From assembly GCA_045626925.1 (NCBI GenBank), contig JAZUQZ010000003.1:18526-82525 (forward strand): DNA of 64,000 nt, given 5' to 3'. Every line of letters begins with the position of its first letter. Within the stretch, counting starts at the first letter, position 1. The stretch comes from Candidatus Aphodoplasma sp. (lineage in GTDB: Bacteria; Bacillota; Clostridia; UBA1381; UMGS1253). Made by a program: the position numbers and the translations under genes. Shown piece after piece: positions 47,431 through 57,238 of the stretch. Below the pieces are notes generated by a model. It ran no database searches. It was not told where the DNA came from and saw only the letters and a list, made by a program, of their open reading frames with translations.

Positions 47431-50400
47431 TTACTCAAAAAGCTTGCTGTACTTTGTCCAATGCTCATAGCGTTCTTTAGCCTGCTTTTCAGCAATTGTA
47501 AACAATTCCTCTGCTTTTTCAGGGAACTTGCGAGCCAATGAACTGTAACGAACTTCGTTCATGATAAAGTCTCTGTACGAAGCTGATGGATCTTTTGAAT
47601 CCATTGTAAATGGAACCTTGCCCTCAGCAGCAAGTCTTGGGTCAAATCTAAATGTCTGCCAATAACCTGCCATAACAGCATTTTTAATAATCTTCTGAGT
47701 ATCTGTCATACCGCCCTTGATACCGTGGTTGATACAAGGAGCATAACCGATAATAAGTGAAGGACCATTGTAGCTTACAGCCTCTTTGATTGCCTTAACA
47801 GTTTGAGCCATATCATAACCAAGAGCAACCTGTGCAACATATACATAGCCATAAGACATTGCAATTTCTGCAAGATTCTTCTTCTTAATCGGTTTACCAC
47901 CTGCAGCAAACTGTGCAACAGCACCTGTAGGAGTAGATTTTGAAGCCTGACCACCTGTGTTCGAGTAAACCTCTGTATCAAATACCATTACATTGATATC
48001 CTCGCCTGAAGCAAGTACATGGTCAAGGCCACCGAAACCGATATCATATGCCCAACCGTCACCACCGAAAATCCAAACTGCTTTCTTTGAAAGGAAGTCC
48101 TTGAAATCAAGAACAGCCTTTGCAGCAGCACTGCCGTCTTTTTCGAGTGCAGCAACAAGCTTAACTGTGTCAGCAGCATTTGCCTCACCATCATCATATG
48201 TTGCCTTCCATGCGTCATAAGCAGCCTTTACATCGGCGTTGTCTATAGCAGCAATTTCGTTTGAAAGTCTTTCACGAAGTTGTTTTGCAGCAATTTCCAT
48301 ACCAAGACCATGCTCAGCATTATCCTCGAATAACGAGTTTGCCCAAGCAGGACCAAAGCCCTTGTGGTTTGTTGTGTATGGTGTCGAAGGAGCACTACCG
48401 CCCCAAATTGACGAACAACCTGTTGCGTTTGAAATGTATGAACGCTCACCACAAATCTGTGTAATAAGCTTTGCATAAGGTGTCTCACCACAACCAGCAC
48501 ATGCGCCCGAGAACTCGAGAAGTGGCTGACGGAATTGTGAGTTTTTAACATTAAGCGGAAGTGCAAGCAAATCCTCTTTTACAGAAAGTGTGCGACCATA
48601 GTCAAAGCCCTTCTGTGCATCAAGCTGAGTATCAATCGGCTTCATAACAAGAGCCTTTTCCTTTGCAGGACAAACCTTTGCACAGTTACCACAACCTGTA
48701 CAGTCAAGTGTGCTTACTGTCATAGAGAACTTGTAGTTTTCCATGCCCTTGCCGTTCATCTTAACCGACATCATTTCAGCAGGAGCTTTTGCGGCCTCTT
48801 CTTCGTTCATAACTGCAGGACGGATAACAGCGTGCGGACATACAAGTGAGCACTGGTTACATTGGATACAGTTTTCCGGAATCCATTCAGGAACATCAAC
48901 TGCGATACCGCGCTTCTCATATGCTGCCATACCCTGTGGAAGATGACCATCAACCATATCCATAAATGTAGATACAGGAAGCTTGTCACCTCTTTGAGCA
49001 TTACATGGCTCAAGAATGTCTTGTACATATTTTGGAGTATCTGATGCCTTTTTTGTAGATGCATCTGTTGCATTTTTCCAATCAGCAGGAACATCAATCT
49101 TCTTAATGTTCTTTTCGCCTTCTGTAATTGCAGCATGGTTCATGCTTACAATCTTTTCACCTTTTGCACCGAAAGACTTAACAACAGCAGCCTTCATGTA
49201 CTCAACAGCGTCTGCGAACGGAATAACATCAGCAATCTTGAAGAATGCGGACTGCAAAACGATTGATGTCTTGTTGCCAAGGCCAAGCTCTTTTGCAATA
49301 CCGATAGCATCAATTGTGTAAAGTGAAATGTTGTTATCTGCGATATATTTTTTCATCTTTGCAGGCAATCTGTTTGAAAGCTCCTCTGTATCCCAAGCAC
49401 AGTTTAGAAGGAAGCTGCCACCTGGAACAAGGTCTTCTACCATATCATATTTATCAACATATGATGGGTTGTGACAAGCTACAAAGTTTGCCTTATTGAT
49501 GAGGTATGTTGATTTAATAGGTGTTTTACCAAAACGCAAGTGCGAAACAGTAATACCGCCAGACTTTTTCGAGTCATATGCAAAGTAAGCCTGTGCATAC
49601 AAGTCTGTGTGGTCACCTATAATCTTGATCGAGTTCTTGTTTGCACCAACAGTACCGTCAGAACCAAGACCCCAGAATTTACAAGCTGTGTTACCCTCTG
49701 CACTTGTGTCTGCATGGTCCTCTCTTGGAAGTGAAAGGTTTGTAACATCGTCTTCAATAGCAAGTGTAAAGCCTTTGATAGGCTCTTTTGCATCAAGATT
49801 TTTATAAGTTGCAATAATATCAGCCGGAACAGTATCCTTTGAACCAAGACCATAACGACCGCCAATAATTGTCGGAGCGTCGTTTTTGCCTGCATAGCAA
49901 GCGCAAACATCAAGGTAAAGCGGCTCACCGATTGAACCAGGCTCTTTTGTTCTGTCAAGAACGGCAATGCTCTTACATGTAGCAGGAACAGCCTTCAAGA
50001 AAGCATCAACCGGGAAAGGTCTGTAAAGACGGATTTTGATAAGACCAACCTTCTCGCCTTTAGCGTTTAGGTAATCAATTGTCTCTTCAATAGTTTCACA
50101 TATGCTGCCCATAGCAACGATAACCTTTGTTGCATCCGGTGCACCATAGTAATCAACAAGGTGATAGTTTGTGCCGATTTTAGCATTAACCTTATCCATA
50201 TATTCTTCTACAACAGCAGGAATGTTGTTGTAATATGTGTTACATGCCTCTCTGTTCTGGAAGAATATATCAGGGTTCTGAGCGCTACCGCGAAGAACAG
50301 GATGCTCAGGATTTAGCGAGCCGTTGCGGTATGCCTTTACAGCATCCATATCAACCATTTCTTTAAGATCTTCATAATCCCAAACTTCAATCTTGTCGAT

Positions 50401-50937
50401 TTCGTGTGATGTTCTAAAACCGTCAAAGAAATGTAGGAAAGGAACGCGTCCCTTAATTGTTGAAAGATGTGCTATTGCACCAAGGTCCATAACTTCTTGT
50501 GGACTGTTTGAGCAAAGCATCGCATAGCCTGTCTGACGACAAGCCATAACATCCGAATGGTCACCAAAAATGTTAAGTGCGTGTGAAGCTACACAACGAG
50601 CACTTACATGAATAACAGAAGGCAAAAGTTCACCTGCTATTTTGTACATATTCGGTATCATCAACAAAAGACCCTGCGAAGCAGTATAAGTAGTAGTAAG
50701 AGCACCAGCTGCCAACGAGCCGTGAACGGCACCTGCAGCACCGGCCTCTGACTGCATTTCAACAACTTTTACAGGCTGACCGAAAATGTTTTCTCTTTTT
50801 TCAACTGCCCACTCATCAGTAACCTCGGCCATAACTGATGAAGGGGTGATTGGGTATATCGCTGCTACATCTGTAAAAGCGTATGAAGCCCAAGCGGCGG
50901 CGTTGTTACCGTCCATAGTTTTCATTTTTCTTGCCAT
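47431..50937 (-). CDS. nifJ: Pyruvate:ferredoxin (flavodoxin) oxidoreductase, single-polypeptide form
   Basis: ~1168 aa. Two ferredoxin-type clusters CIQCNQCSLVCP and CTGCGNCAKVCP. ThDP motif GGDGWAYDIG. Start at ATG 50937 after GAGGAGGA. The ORF-track N-extension is rejected. Confidence 0.95.
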   Translation of the reverse strand: MARKMKTMDGNNAAAWASYAFTDVAAIYPITPSSVMAEVTDEWAVEKRENIFGQPVKVVEMQSEAGAAGAVHGSLAAGALTTTYTASQGLLLMIPNMYKIAGELLPSVIHVSARCVASHALNIFGDHSDVMACRQTGYAMLCSNSPQEVMDLGAIAHLSTIKGRVPFLHFFDGFRTSHEIDKIEVWDYEDLKEMVDMDAVKAYRNGSLNPEHPVLRGSAQNPDIFFQNREACNTYYNNIPAVVEEYMDKVNAKIGTNYHLVDYYGAPDATKVIVAMGSICETIEETIDYLNAKGEKVGLIKIRLYRPFPVDAFLKAVPATCKSIAVLDRTKEPGSIGEPLYLDVCACYAGKNDAPTIIGGRYGLGSKDTVPADIIATYKNLDAKEPIKGFTLAIEDDVTNLSLPREDHADTSAEGNTACKFWGLGSDGTVGANKNSIKIIGDHTDLYAQAYFAYDSKKSGGITVSHLRFGKTPIKSTYLINKANFVACHNPSYVDKYDMVEDLVPGGSFLLNCAWDTEELSNRLPAKMKKYIADNNISLYTIDAIGIAKELGLGNKTSIVLQSAFFKIADVIPFADAVEYMKAAVVKSFGAKGEKIVSMNHAAITEGEKNIKKIDVPADWKNATDASTKKASDTPKYVQDILEPCNAQRGDKLPVSTFMDMVDGHLPQGMAAYEKRGIAVDVPEWIPENCIQCNQCSLVCPHAVIRPAVMNEEEAAKAPAEMMSVKMNGKGMENYKFSMTVSTLDCTGCGNCAKVCPAKEKALVMKPIDTQLDAQKGFDYGRTLSVKEDLLALPLNVKNSQFRQPLLEFSGACAGCGETPYAKLITQICGERSYISNATGCSSIWGGSAPSTPYTTNHKGFGPAWANSLFEDNAEHGLGMEIAAKQLRERLSNEIAAIDNADVKAAYDAWKATYDDGEANAADTVKLVAALEKDGSAAAKAVLDFKDFLSKKAVWIFGGDGWAYDIGFGGLDHVLASGEDINVMVFDTEVYSNTGGQASKSTPTGAVAQFAAGGKPIKKKNLAEIAMSYGYVYVAQVALGYDMAQTVKAIKEAVSYNGPSLIIGYAPCINHGIKGGMTDTQKIIKNAVMAGYWQTFRFDPRLAAEGKVPFTMDSKDPSASYRDFIMNEVRYSSLARKFPEKAEELFTIAEKQAKERYEHWTKYSKLFE

Positions 50938-50998
50938 GAAAAATTCCTCCTCTATTGTAATTTTAATGTAAAAGCTTATAATATTTACACCAAACTTC

Positions 50999-51027
50999 AT
51001 TATAACAATAAAAACAAAGCTTGTCAA
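50999..51027 (-). promoter_or_regulatory. Consensus sigma-A promoter of PFOR
   Basis: On the minus strand: TTGACA (51027-51022), 17-nt spacer, TATAAT (51004-50999). Confidence 0.7.
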
Positions 51028-51123
51028 GCAAATACCAGATGCTTTTTAAGCTTTGTTTATTATTTAAAAAATATGATATAAATGTTTTGCAATGTATGTA
51101 CAATTTAGATATAAGACAAATAT

Positions 51124-52386
51124 TTATGCGTCAATTTTTGGAGATGGAAGCATTACAGAGCCCCAGATACGCGACCGCCATAGCGTTTCTGATTTTTTTA
51201 GGTTTTCACTTTTATAAAAGCCGAGTCCCATAAAGCTTTCGATATCATCCTTTGTGCCCGAGCGTTTGAAAAATGTATAACGCGTTTCATATCTTCCGGG
51301 AGCAAGCATGCTCATATCAAAAATGAAATTACAGCTTTTGCCTGTGCCTGCCTTGCCCGAATAAAAATCGTACACAACCGATGTTGCAACACTTTTTAAA
51401 GTGGCATCATATACGGTAAGTCTAAAGCATAAATCGTCTATATCACTAATGGTTTCCCAATTAAGCGTCAAACAGAGCGCACCGTTTTCGTCTATTGTAC
51501 TTGAATCAGATGGGTATGATGCCGAAACGAGTTTTAAAACTCTTTGCTTATTTGTAAAATAGCGTGGCATATCCTTGTTTGAAAACTCCATATATGTGCT
51601 TTGCTCGTCTTTTGCACCAAGATATAACTCTATCGCACGGTCAGTTTCGCCATCAAATATAATATGACCATCCTGTAGCACAATTGTGCGTGTGCACAGA
51701 CTTTTTACTGTGTCCATATTATGACTTACATATAATATTGTGCGGTTTTCATTTTGCGCAACCTGACGCATTTTTTCGATACATTTGCGTACAAACGGAA
51801 CATCGCCGACCGAAAGCACCTCATCCATAATCAAAATTTCTGAATCAAGATGTGCCGCAACAGCAAACGCAAGCTTTACATACATACCTGATGAATAACG
51901 CTTTATTGGTGTGTCAATAAATTTTTCACATTCAGAAAATTCTATTATGTCGTTTATCTTTGCGTCGACCTCATTTTTTTGCATGCCAAGAATTGCACCA
52001 TTAAGATATATGTTTTCGCGCCCTGTAAGCTCTGGATGAAAGCCTGTTCCGATTTCGAGCATACTTGATACGCGCCCGTTTATATATGCTATTCCAGATG
52101 TAGGAGCAGTAATGCGTGACAAAACCTTTAAAAGTGTAGATTTGCCCGCGCCATTACGACCGATAATGCCGACGGTTTCACCCTTGTTTACTTTAAAAGA
52201 TATATCATCAAGCGCACAAAATATTTCATTTTTGCCATGCTTGTGAGCGCCTATTTTTGCGTTTGGGTCCTCTTTGTGAAAAATGTGCGCAAAAAAGCTT
52301 TGCAAATCGGCACGAAGCGTACCCGAACCAATTTCGCCGAGGCGATATATTTTGCTTAAATTTTCGACTTTAATAATTTCGCCCAT
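51124..52386 (-). CDS. Glycopolymer-export ABC transporter ATP-binding protein (TagH/Wzt-like) with C-terminal substrate-binding-type domain
   Basis: Walker A GRNGAGKST, signature YSSGM, Walker B LIMDE. Extra ~170-aa beta-rich C-terminal domain, as in Wzt. Confidence 0.8.
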   Translation of the reverse strand: MGEIIKVENLSKIYRLGEIGSGTLRADLQSFFAHIFHKEDPNAKIGAHKHGKNEIFCALDDISFKVNKGETVGIIGRNGAGKSTLLKVLSRITAPTSGIAYINGRVSSMLEIGTGFHPELTGRENIYLNGAILGMQKNEVDAKINDIIEFSECEKFIDTPIKRYSSGMYVKLAFAVAAHLDSEILIMDEVLSVGDVPFVRKCIEKMRQVAQNENRTILYVSHNMDTVKSLCTRTIVLQDGHIIFDGETDRAIELYLGAKDEQSTYMEFSNKDMPRYFTNKQRVLKLVSASYPSDSSTIDENGALCLTLNWETISDIDDLCFRLTVYDATLKSVATSVVYDFYSGKAGTGKSCNFIFDMSMLAPGRYETRYTFFKRSGTKDDIESFMGLGFYKSENLKKSETLWRSRIWGSVMLPSPKIDA

Positions 52387-52397
52387 TTCGCGCCTCC

Positions 52398-53255
52398 TTA
52401 TATTGTATCCATAAAGGTTTTTTCGACTTTGTTAAAGATAATAAGTCCTATTGCAAACAGGAGTATTATGATTAAAGCACTTATGCCAAGATATGCCCAC
52501 GAAAACATTCCCATGCCCAAAAACGCATAACGAAAAGCTTCAATAATGGGTGCTATAGGGTTTAGCATAAAAAGATTTATATAGCGCGGACTTATCTGTG
52601 AGGCGGGGTAGACTATAGGTGAAAGATACATCCAAAGCTGGACCCCAAAGGTTACAAGAACGGACAAGTCGCGATATTTTGTTGTAAGAGATGATACAAT
52701 TGCACCGATTCCAATACTTAAAAGAGCACACATAATTATCAAAACAGGAGTCAGTAAAACATAAATATTTGGCGCAATCGCACCGACTGATGTATAGTAT
52801 ATCACAAAGCATATGTACATCAAAAACTGCACAGCGAGGTTAATCATAGCTGAAATGCTTGTAGATATCGGCATAATAAGGCGTGGGAAATATACTTTGC
52901 CAAAAAGGTGTGCATTTGATGAAAAAGTATTCGAATTTTTTGTAAGGCAGGATGAAAAATATGTCCATAAAATATTTGAAGACATATAAAAAAGAAATTG
53001 TGGCATGCCGTCTGTTGAAAGCTTTGCAATATTTCCAAACACAATTGTAAAAATAAGAGTCGTGATAAGCGGGCTTATCAGATACCACAAAGGACCGAGA
53101 ATGGTCTGCTTATATGTTGTCAAAAAGTTTCTCTTTACAAACAGCCAAACAAGCTCGCGCGATGCAAAAAGCTCGCCGAGATTCAAATCAAAAATATTAT
53201 TTTTTGGGCGTATTACGGTTTGAAAATACTTTTTCACTTTATTTAATCCTTCCAA
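52398..53255 (-). CDS. ABC-2 type glycopolymer-export permease (TagG/Wzm-like)
   Basis: Six TM segments; ABC-2 pattern; directly upstream of the TagH-like ATPase. Confidence 0.8.
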   Translation of the reverse strand: MEGLNKVKKYFQTVIRPKNNIFDLNLGELFASRELVWLFVKRNFLTTYKQTILGPLWYLISPLITTLIFTIVFGNIAKLSTDGMPQFLFYMSSNILWTYFSSCLTKNSNTFSSNAHLFGKVYFPRLIMPISTSISAMINLAVQFLMYICFVIYYTSVGAIAPNIYVLLTPVLIIMCALLSIGIGAIVSSLTTKYRDLSVLVTFGVQLWMYLSPIVYPASQISPRYINLFMLNPIAPIIEAFRYAFLGMGMFSWAYLGISALIIILLFAIGLIIFNKVEKTFMDTI

Positions 53256-53330
53256 ATATGTTTTAAACTTGCCTTTTTACTTAATTATAACACAAATAAT
53301 TTTGAAATCAACAGTATTTTAAAATGCAAA

Positions 53331-53357
53331 AAAGCAGACAGCTTTTCTGTCTGCTTT
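53331..53357 (-). terminator. Intrinsic terminator after the M14 peptidase gene
   Basis: AAAGCAGACAG (53331-53341) / CTGTCTGCTTT (53347-53357). The T-run is on the minus strand. Confidence 0.75.
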
Positions 53358-53367
53358 AAAACGAAAG

Positions 53368-54234
53368 TTATGCATTTGCCGCCGCATATATCATGATACA
53401 GGTGTTTTCTTTTAAGACTTGTTCGAGCTGGTCTTTGCCGATTGGATTTTTGCCGGTGCCTATTTCGATTGTAAAGCCGGGTTTGTTAAACTCTTTTATA
53501 AACCAATCCTTGTATCCGCCAAATGCCGCACTTCCATTAGGTGTGGTAGGGGTATAGCCCGATATCCGTCCAAATTCTTGTGCAAGCCTTTCGGCGTTTG
53601 GGGGCACTTGGCCTTCGAAATCATAATATATCTCCCGTCCTTGTGAATGGAACGCAATTACAAGGTCGGGACGCAAAGCGCGTGTAAGCTCTGCAAGGGC
53701 GCGACTTTCGGGCTCTGTTTCGGGAGCGGTTCCGCCGTAACGCGTCGGTGCAGGCCTGTTAAGTATCGGCGAAAAGCTTGCATCATAATTATGATTTAGG
53801 TCAACACCATTTATATTTGCCTGCCATACATTTGCAAAGTCAATATCGCCAAACATTTCGCGAAGACGCATCATAAAAGGGTTATCTTCGGGCAGTTTGC
53901 CCGCTACGACATCGACCCCGTCGGGGTTTAGCATAGGAATTATATACATAGTTGTTTGCTCTGTAAGCTCGCGCGCGTTATAGCCACAAATTACTTTGTC
54001 ATTTTTTATGGCGTCGCCATATATACTTGCAAAATTCATTATCATTTCACTTGTAAGCCATTCGAGCGAATGATGTGCAGAAACATACAAGACCTTTTTT
54101 GGTCCTGTGCCGATTTTTATAGCATATAGCGGTCTGCCAAGGACACTTTCGCCGAATTTGAAAAAACGCATAAAAGGATATTGATTATAAAGCTCTGAAA
54201 TATCTGTAAGAACATCTGCATAAGTGTATACCAT
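53368..54234 (-). CDS. M14-family zinc carboxypeptidase, gamma-D-glutamyl-meso-diaminopimelate peptidase-like
   Basis: HxxE zinc motif (HHSLEW), NPDGV, second His in IAFHSQG, no signal peptide. Sporulation-gene neighbourhood. Confidence 0.7.
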   Translation of the reverse strand: MVYTYADVLTDISELYNQYPFMRFFKFGESVLGRPLYAIKIGTGPKKVLYVSAHHSLEWLTSEMIMNFASIYGDAIKNDKVICGYNARELTEQTTMYIIPMLNPDGVDVVAGKLPEDNPFMMRLREMFGDIDFANVWQANINGVDLNHNYDASFSPILNRPAPTRYGGTAPETEPESRALAELTRALRPDLVIAFHSQGREIYYDFEGQVPPNAERLAQEFGRISGYTPTTPNGSAAFGGYKDWFIKEFNKPGFTIEIGTGKNPIGKDQLEQVLKENTCIMIYAAANA

Positions 54235-54275
54235 TTTTTATTCCTCCTTAAAATTATATATAACAGAAGCATCTG

Positions 54276-54809
54276 TTACAAACCAAAAAACATAGTGCAC
54301 ACAATAAGGCACACAATAACGCTTACGCAATCTGCAAAAAGTGCCGCCGCTACAGAGTGACGCGTTTTTTTTATCCCAATAGAGCCAAAATAAAGTGCAA
54401 GCGTGTAAAATGTTGTTTCGGTAGAGCCGCTCATAACACACGCAGTTTTCGCAATTGCACTGTCGGGGCCAAAACGCGACACAATATCCGATACGATCCC
54501 AATAGAGCCGCTGCCGGATATAGGACGCAAAAGTGCAAGCGGCAAAAGATTTTCATCAAGGCCGATTAGATTTGTAAGAGGGCGTATTATGCTTGCAAGC
54601 ATTTCAATCGCTCCTGATGCACGAAGCATTGATATTCCGCTCATAAGGGCAATAATAGGCGTAATTATAGAAATGGCGGTTTTAAGGCCGTCTTTTGCTC
54701 CGTCACAAAAGCAATCAAATACATTCACTCTTTTAAAAAGAGCGCGTGCAATTATAAAAAATATTACAAATGGAATTGTTGCCGAGCTTATAAATGCTGT
54801 GCCACTCAT
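54276..54809 (-). CDS. spmB: Spore maturation protein B
   Basis: Nucleoside-recognition (Gate) type membrane protein, 177 aa. Overlaps the spmA stop by 4 nt. Confidence 0.8.
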   Translation of the reverse strand: MSGTAFISSATIPFVIFFIIARALFKRVNVFDCFCDGAKDGLKTAISIITPIIALMSGISMLRASGAIEMLASIIRPLTNLIGLDENLLPLALLRPISGSGSIGIVSDIVSRFGPDSAIAKTACVMSGSTETTFYTLALYFGSIGIKKTRHSVAAALFADCVSVIVCLIVCTMFFGL

Positions 54810-55411
54810 AGCTTTTTACTGCTTTCTTTTTGTCTGCCTGTCGTTTTTGCAAGAGCAGAACACATCAAAACTCCAAAAATGAGCGCAATAAAAGAGCAAA
54901 TAATTGTTGGGAAAATTATATCAAAAGGATTTGTTGCGCCTGCAGAGCTTAAAACGCCAATCATTGTTGTTGGGATAAGCTGTATAGATGCTGTGTTGAT
55001 AACCACAAACATACACATGGCGTTTGATGCGTACATACTGTGATTGTTAAGCTCATCAAGCTCCTGCATTGCCTTTATTCCGAATGGCGTTGCGGCATTT
55101 CCCATACCGAGCATATTTGCGCTCATATTTGATATGATTGCGTCTGCTGCCTTTCCATTTGGTACAAGCGTGGGAAACAGCGCTCGTATAATTGGCGACA
55201 GCAGGCGTGAAAGCGCTCGTATAATGCCGCCTTGCTCTGCGATTTTGAGCATGCCACTCCAAAAGCACATTACACCCACAAGAGAGATTACCGTATTTAC
55301 GGCATCTTTTGCAGCAACAAGTGCCTGGGTTGCTACTATATCAAGTCGACCATTTATCAAGCCGAATATAACTGAAAATAATATCATAAACGCCCATATG
55401 TAATTTAGCAC
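54806..55411 (-). CDS. spmA: Spore maturation protein A
   Basis: MLNYIWAFMILFS N-terminus and Gate-domain pattern, paired with spmB. Confidence 0.8.
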   Translation of the reverse strand: MLNYIWAFMILFSVIFGLINGRLDIVATQALVAAKDAVNTVISLVGVMCFWSGMLKIAEQGGIIRALSRLLSPIIRALFPTLVPNGKAADAIISNMSANMLGMGNAATPFGIKAMQELDELNNHSMYASNAMCMFVVINTASIQLIPTTMIGVLSSAGATNPFDIIFPTIICSFIALIFGVLMCSALAKTTGRQKESSKKL

Positions 55412-55430
55412 AAACTCACCACCTGAAAAA

Positions 55431-56978
55431 TTATCTTTTTAAATACTTTGCAAGCAGAGCTATATCGTTTTTAGTTATACATTTTAATAAAAGGATAAAA
55501 CTTGTGTATATAACGCCCATTACAAGCAGGCCCATTAGAAGTGATAAAGCAGTGCCGAAACTATACAAAATGCCTTTTATGGCGTATGCACAAAACATTG
55601 CAGGCACTATTGCACAAAGTGGTTTTGCAACAATGGACGCTATATCAAGACGCATATTTGTTACAGTTAAAAGTTGTTTTATATTAAGACAAGAAGTAAA
55701 CAAGTTGCTCAAAATCATAATTGCCAAAAACGCATAAATACCAAATTGTGGCAGGAAAATAGTTATAAGCACTATGCGTATAGCCGAATTATAGACATTA
55801 TAGCGAAGGGCGGCCACCTGTTGATTAAGCCCGCTCAAAATGCCCGCAATAATGCTTTCTGTATACATAAAGGGTATTATCGGTGCAAGTGATAAGATAT
55901 AGAGCCCGACATCGTTGCTTTTGTACACAAGCGCACCTATTTCATAAGCATACATGCTAAAAAATGCACCAATAAAAACAGAACTTAGTGATGTAATCAA
56001 AAGTGTGTAGCTTATAACATTTTTTAGCGCTTTGTTCTGCTTGCTGGCGCTATACTCTGTTATTTCCGGTATGAGCAAAGCACTCAATGCACCAAGAAAA
56101 GATGCAGGGAAAAACAATAAGGGCAATGCCATACCCTTAAGAGCGCCAAATTGTGAAAGAGACATCTCGCGTGAGTGGTTATAACGCGTAAGCGCATCAG
56201 GCACCATGACATTTTCTATTGTATGAAGTATAGTGTTTAAATATGAACTAAAAGCTATCGGAACAAATATGTATACAAGCCTGCGCATTATATGATGTGT
56301 GGGGGCGGTGCCGCCTTTGACAAGACGCTTGTCACGAAGATAGCCAACAAAGATGTACACACATGCACCAAGCTCTGAAAGAGCATTGCCTAAAACGACT
56401 GCTGCACATGCTTTTTCAAGGTTGTCATGTTCGACTCTGCTAAGGCAAAGCAATACAACAAAAATTCGTACAAGCTGTTCGAAAAGCTGGGAATTTGATG
56501 GGGTGGATGCCTTGCGGCGCGCCATAAAATACCCCTTCAGGCATGATGAAACTGCCATAAAAGGCAGGCCAAAGGATAAAATCTTGAGTGATAGTGCGAC
56601 GCGTGTGTCGCACAACCATTTTTGTGACACAAAGTCGGCACAAAAAAATAATAACGCATATGCACAAAGGCCAAGAAGAAGGCTTAATAAAAGTGAGCGG
56701 AAAAGAATTTTGTTTACTGCTTGTTTTCCGCCTGTAACGACATCCTCTGTTACAAGTCTTGTCACGGCGATGTTTATGCCTGATGACGCGATAGCACTTG
56801 CAAAGGTGTATATCGAAAAAATGAGCTGATGAAGGCCCATACCTTCGTCGCCTATCGTGTTTGAAACATAAATTCTTAAAAAAATGCCTGCTGCACGAAG
56901 AATAATAGATGTTGCAGTAAGTATCAAAGCATTTTTAATAAAAAGCCGTTTTTTCAAGGTTACACATCCGTTTCTCAC
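55431..56978 (-). CDS. spoVB: Stage V sporulation protein B-like MOP-superfamily flippase
   Basis: ~14 TM segments, MurJ/Wzx-like. Adjacent to spmAB. Start uncertain: no clear SD at ATG 56978, and TTG 56957 is possible. Confidence 0.65.
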   Translation of the reverse strand: MRNGCVTLKKRLFIKNALILTATSIILRAAGIFLRIYVSNTIGDEGMGLHQLIFSIYTFASAIASSGINIAVTRLVTEDVVTGGKQAVNKILFRSLLLSLLLGLCAYALLFFCADFVSQKWLCDTRVALSLKILSFGLPFMAVSSCLKGYFMARRKASTPSNSQLFEQLVRIFVVLLCLSRVEHDNLEKACAAVVLGNALSELGACVYIFVGYLRDKRLVKGGTAPTHHIMRRLVYIFVPIAFSSYLNTILHTIENVMVPDALTRYNHSREMSLSQFGALKGMALPLLFFPASFLGALSALLIPEITEYSASKQNKALKNVISYTLLITSLSSVFIGAFFSMYAYEIGALVYKSNDVGLYILSLAPIIPFMYTESIIAGILSGLNQQVAALRYNVYNSAIRIVLITIFLPQFGIYAFLAIMILSNLFTSCLNIKQLLTVTNMRLDIASIVAKPLCAIVPAMFCAYAIKGILYSFGTALSLLMGLLVMGVIYTSFILLLKCITKNDIALLAKYLKR

Positions 56979-57051
56979 ATTATTTAGTTATATATATTCT
57001 TGAGATGTAATAAAATATTTCAAAAATAAAAACAAAACTCTTAATTAGGTC

Positions 57052-57080
57052 TTTACATATTAAAAATGTTGTTATATAAT
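57052..57080 (+). promoter_or_regulatory. Promoter P1 upstream of the polysaccharide genes
   Basis: TTTACA (57052-57057), 17-nt spacer, TATAAT (57075-57080). Confidence 0.55.
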
Positions 57081-57151
57081 ACATAAGGAGAAATTATGTG
57101 TGGATGCGTTCTGTTTTGTATAAATTAAACAAATATGGCATATAAGATTAT

Positions 57152-57180
57152 TTGACACAGAAGTGTTTTTGTGCTATATT
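57152..57180 (+). promoter_or_regulatory. Promoter P2 upstream of the Wzz-like gene
   Basis: TTGACA (57152-57157), 17-nt spacer, extended -10 TGcTATATT (57172-57180). Confidence 0.6.
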
Positions 57181-57238
57181 CATAATTAGGATGATAGGCG
57201 TGTTTTCCACTGAGAAATAAAAGCAGGAGGCAAAATAT

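Noticed and set aside
47431-51027. N-terminal extensions suggested by the ORF track. PFOR is the example here; the same applies to aroB 1596, pyrC 5792, the radical SAM gene 13398, fprA 34899, ddh 43599 and tlyA 38364.
   Set aside because: The extensions run through terminators or upstream genes and lack SDs. Internal starts with good SDs give N-termini matching the families, so coordinates were trimmed.
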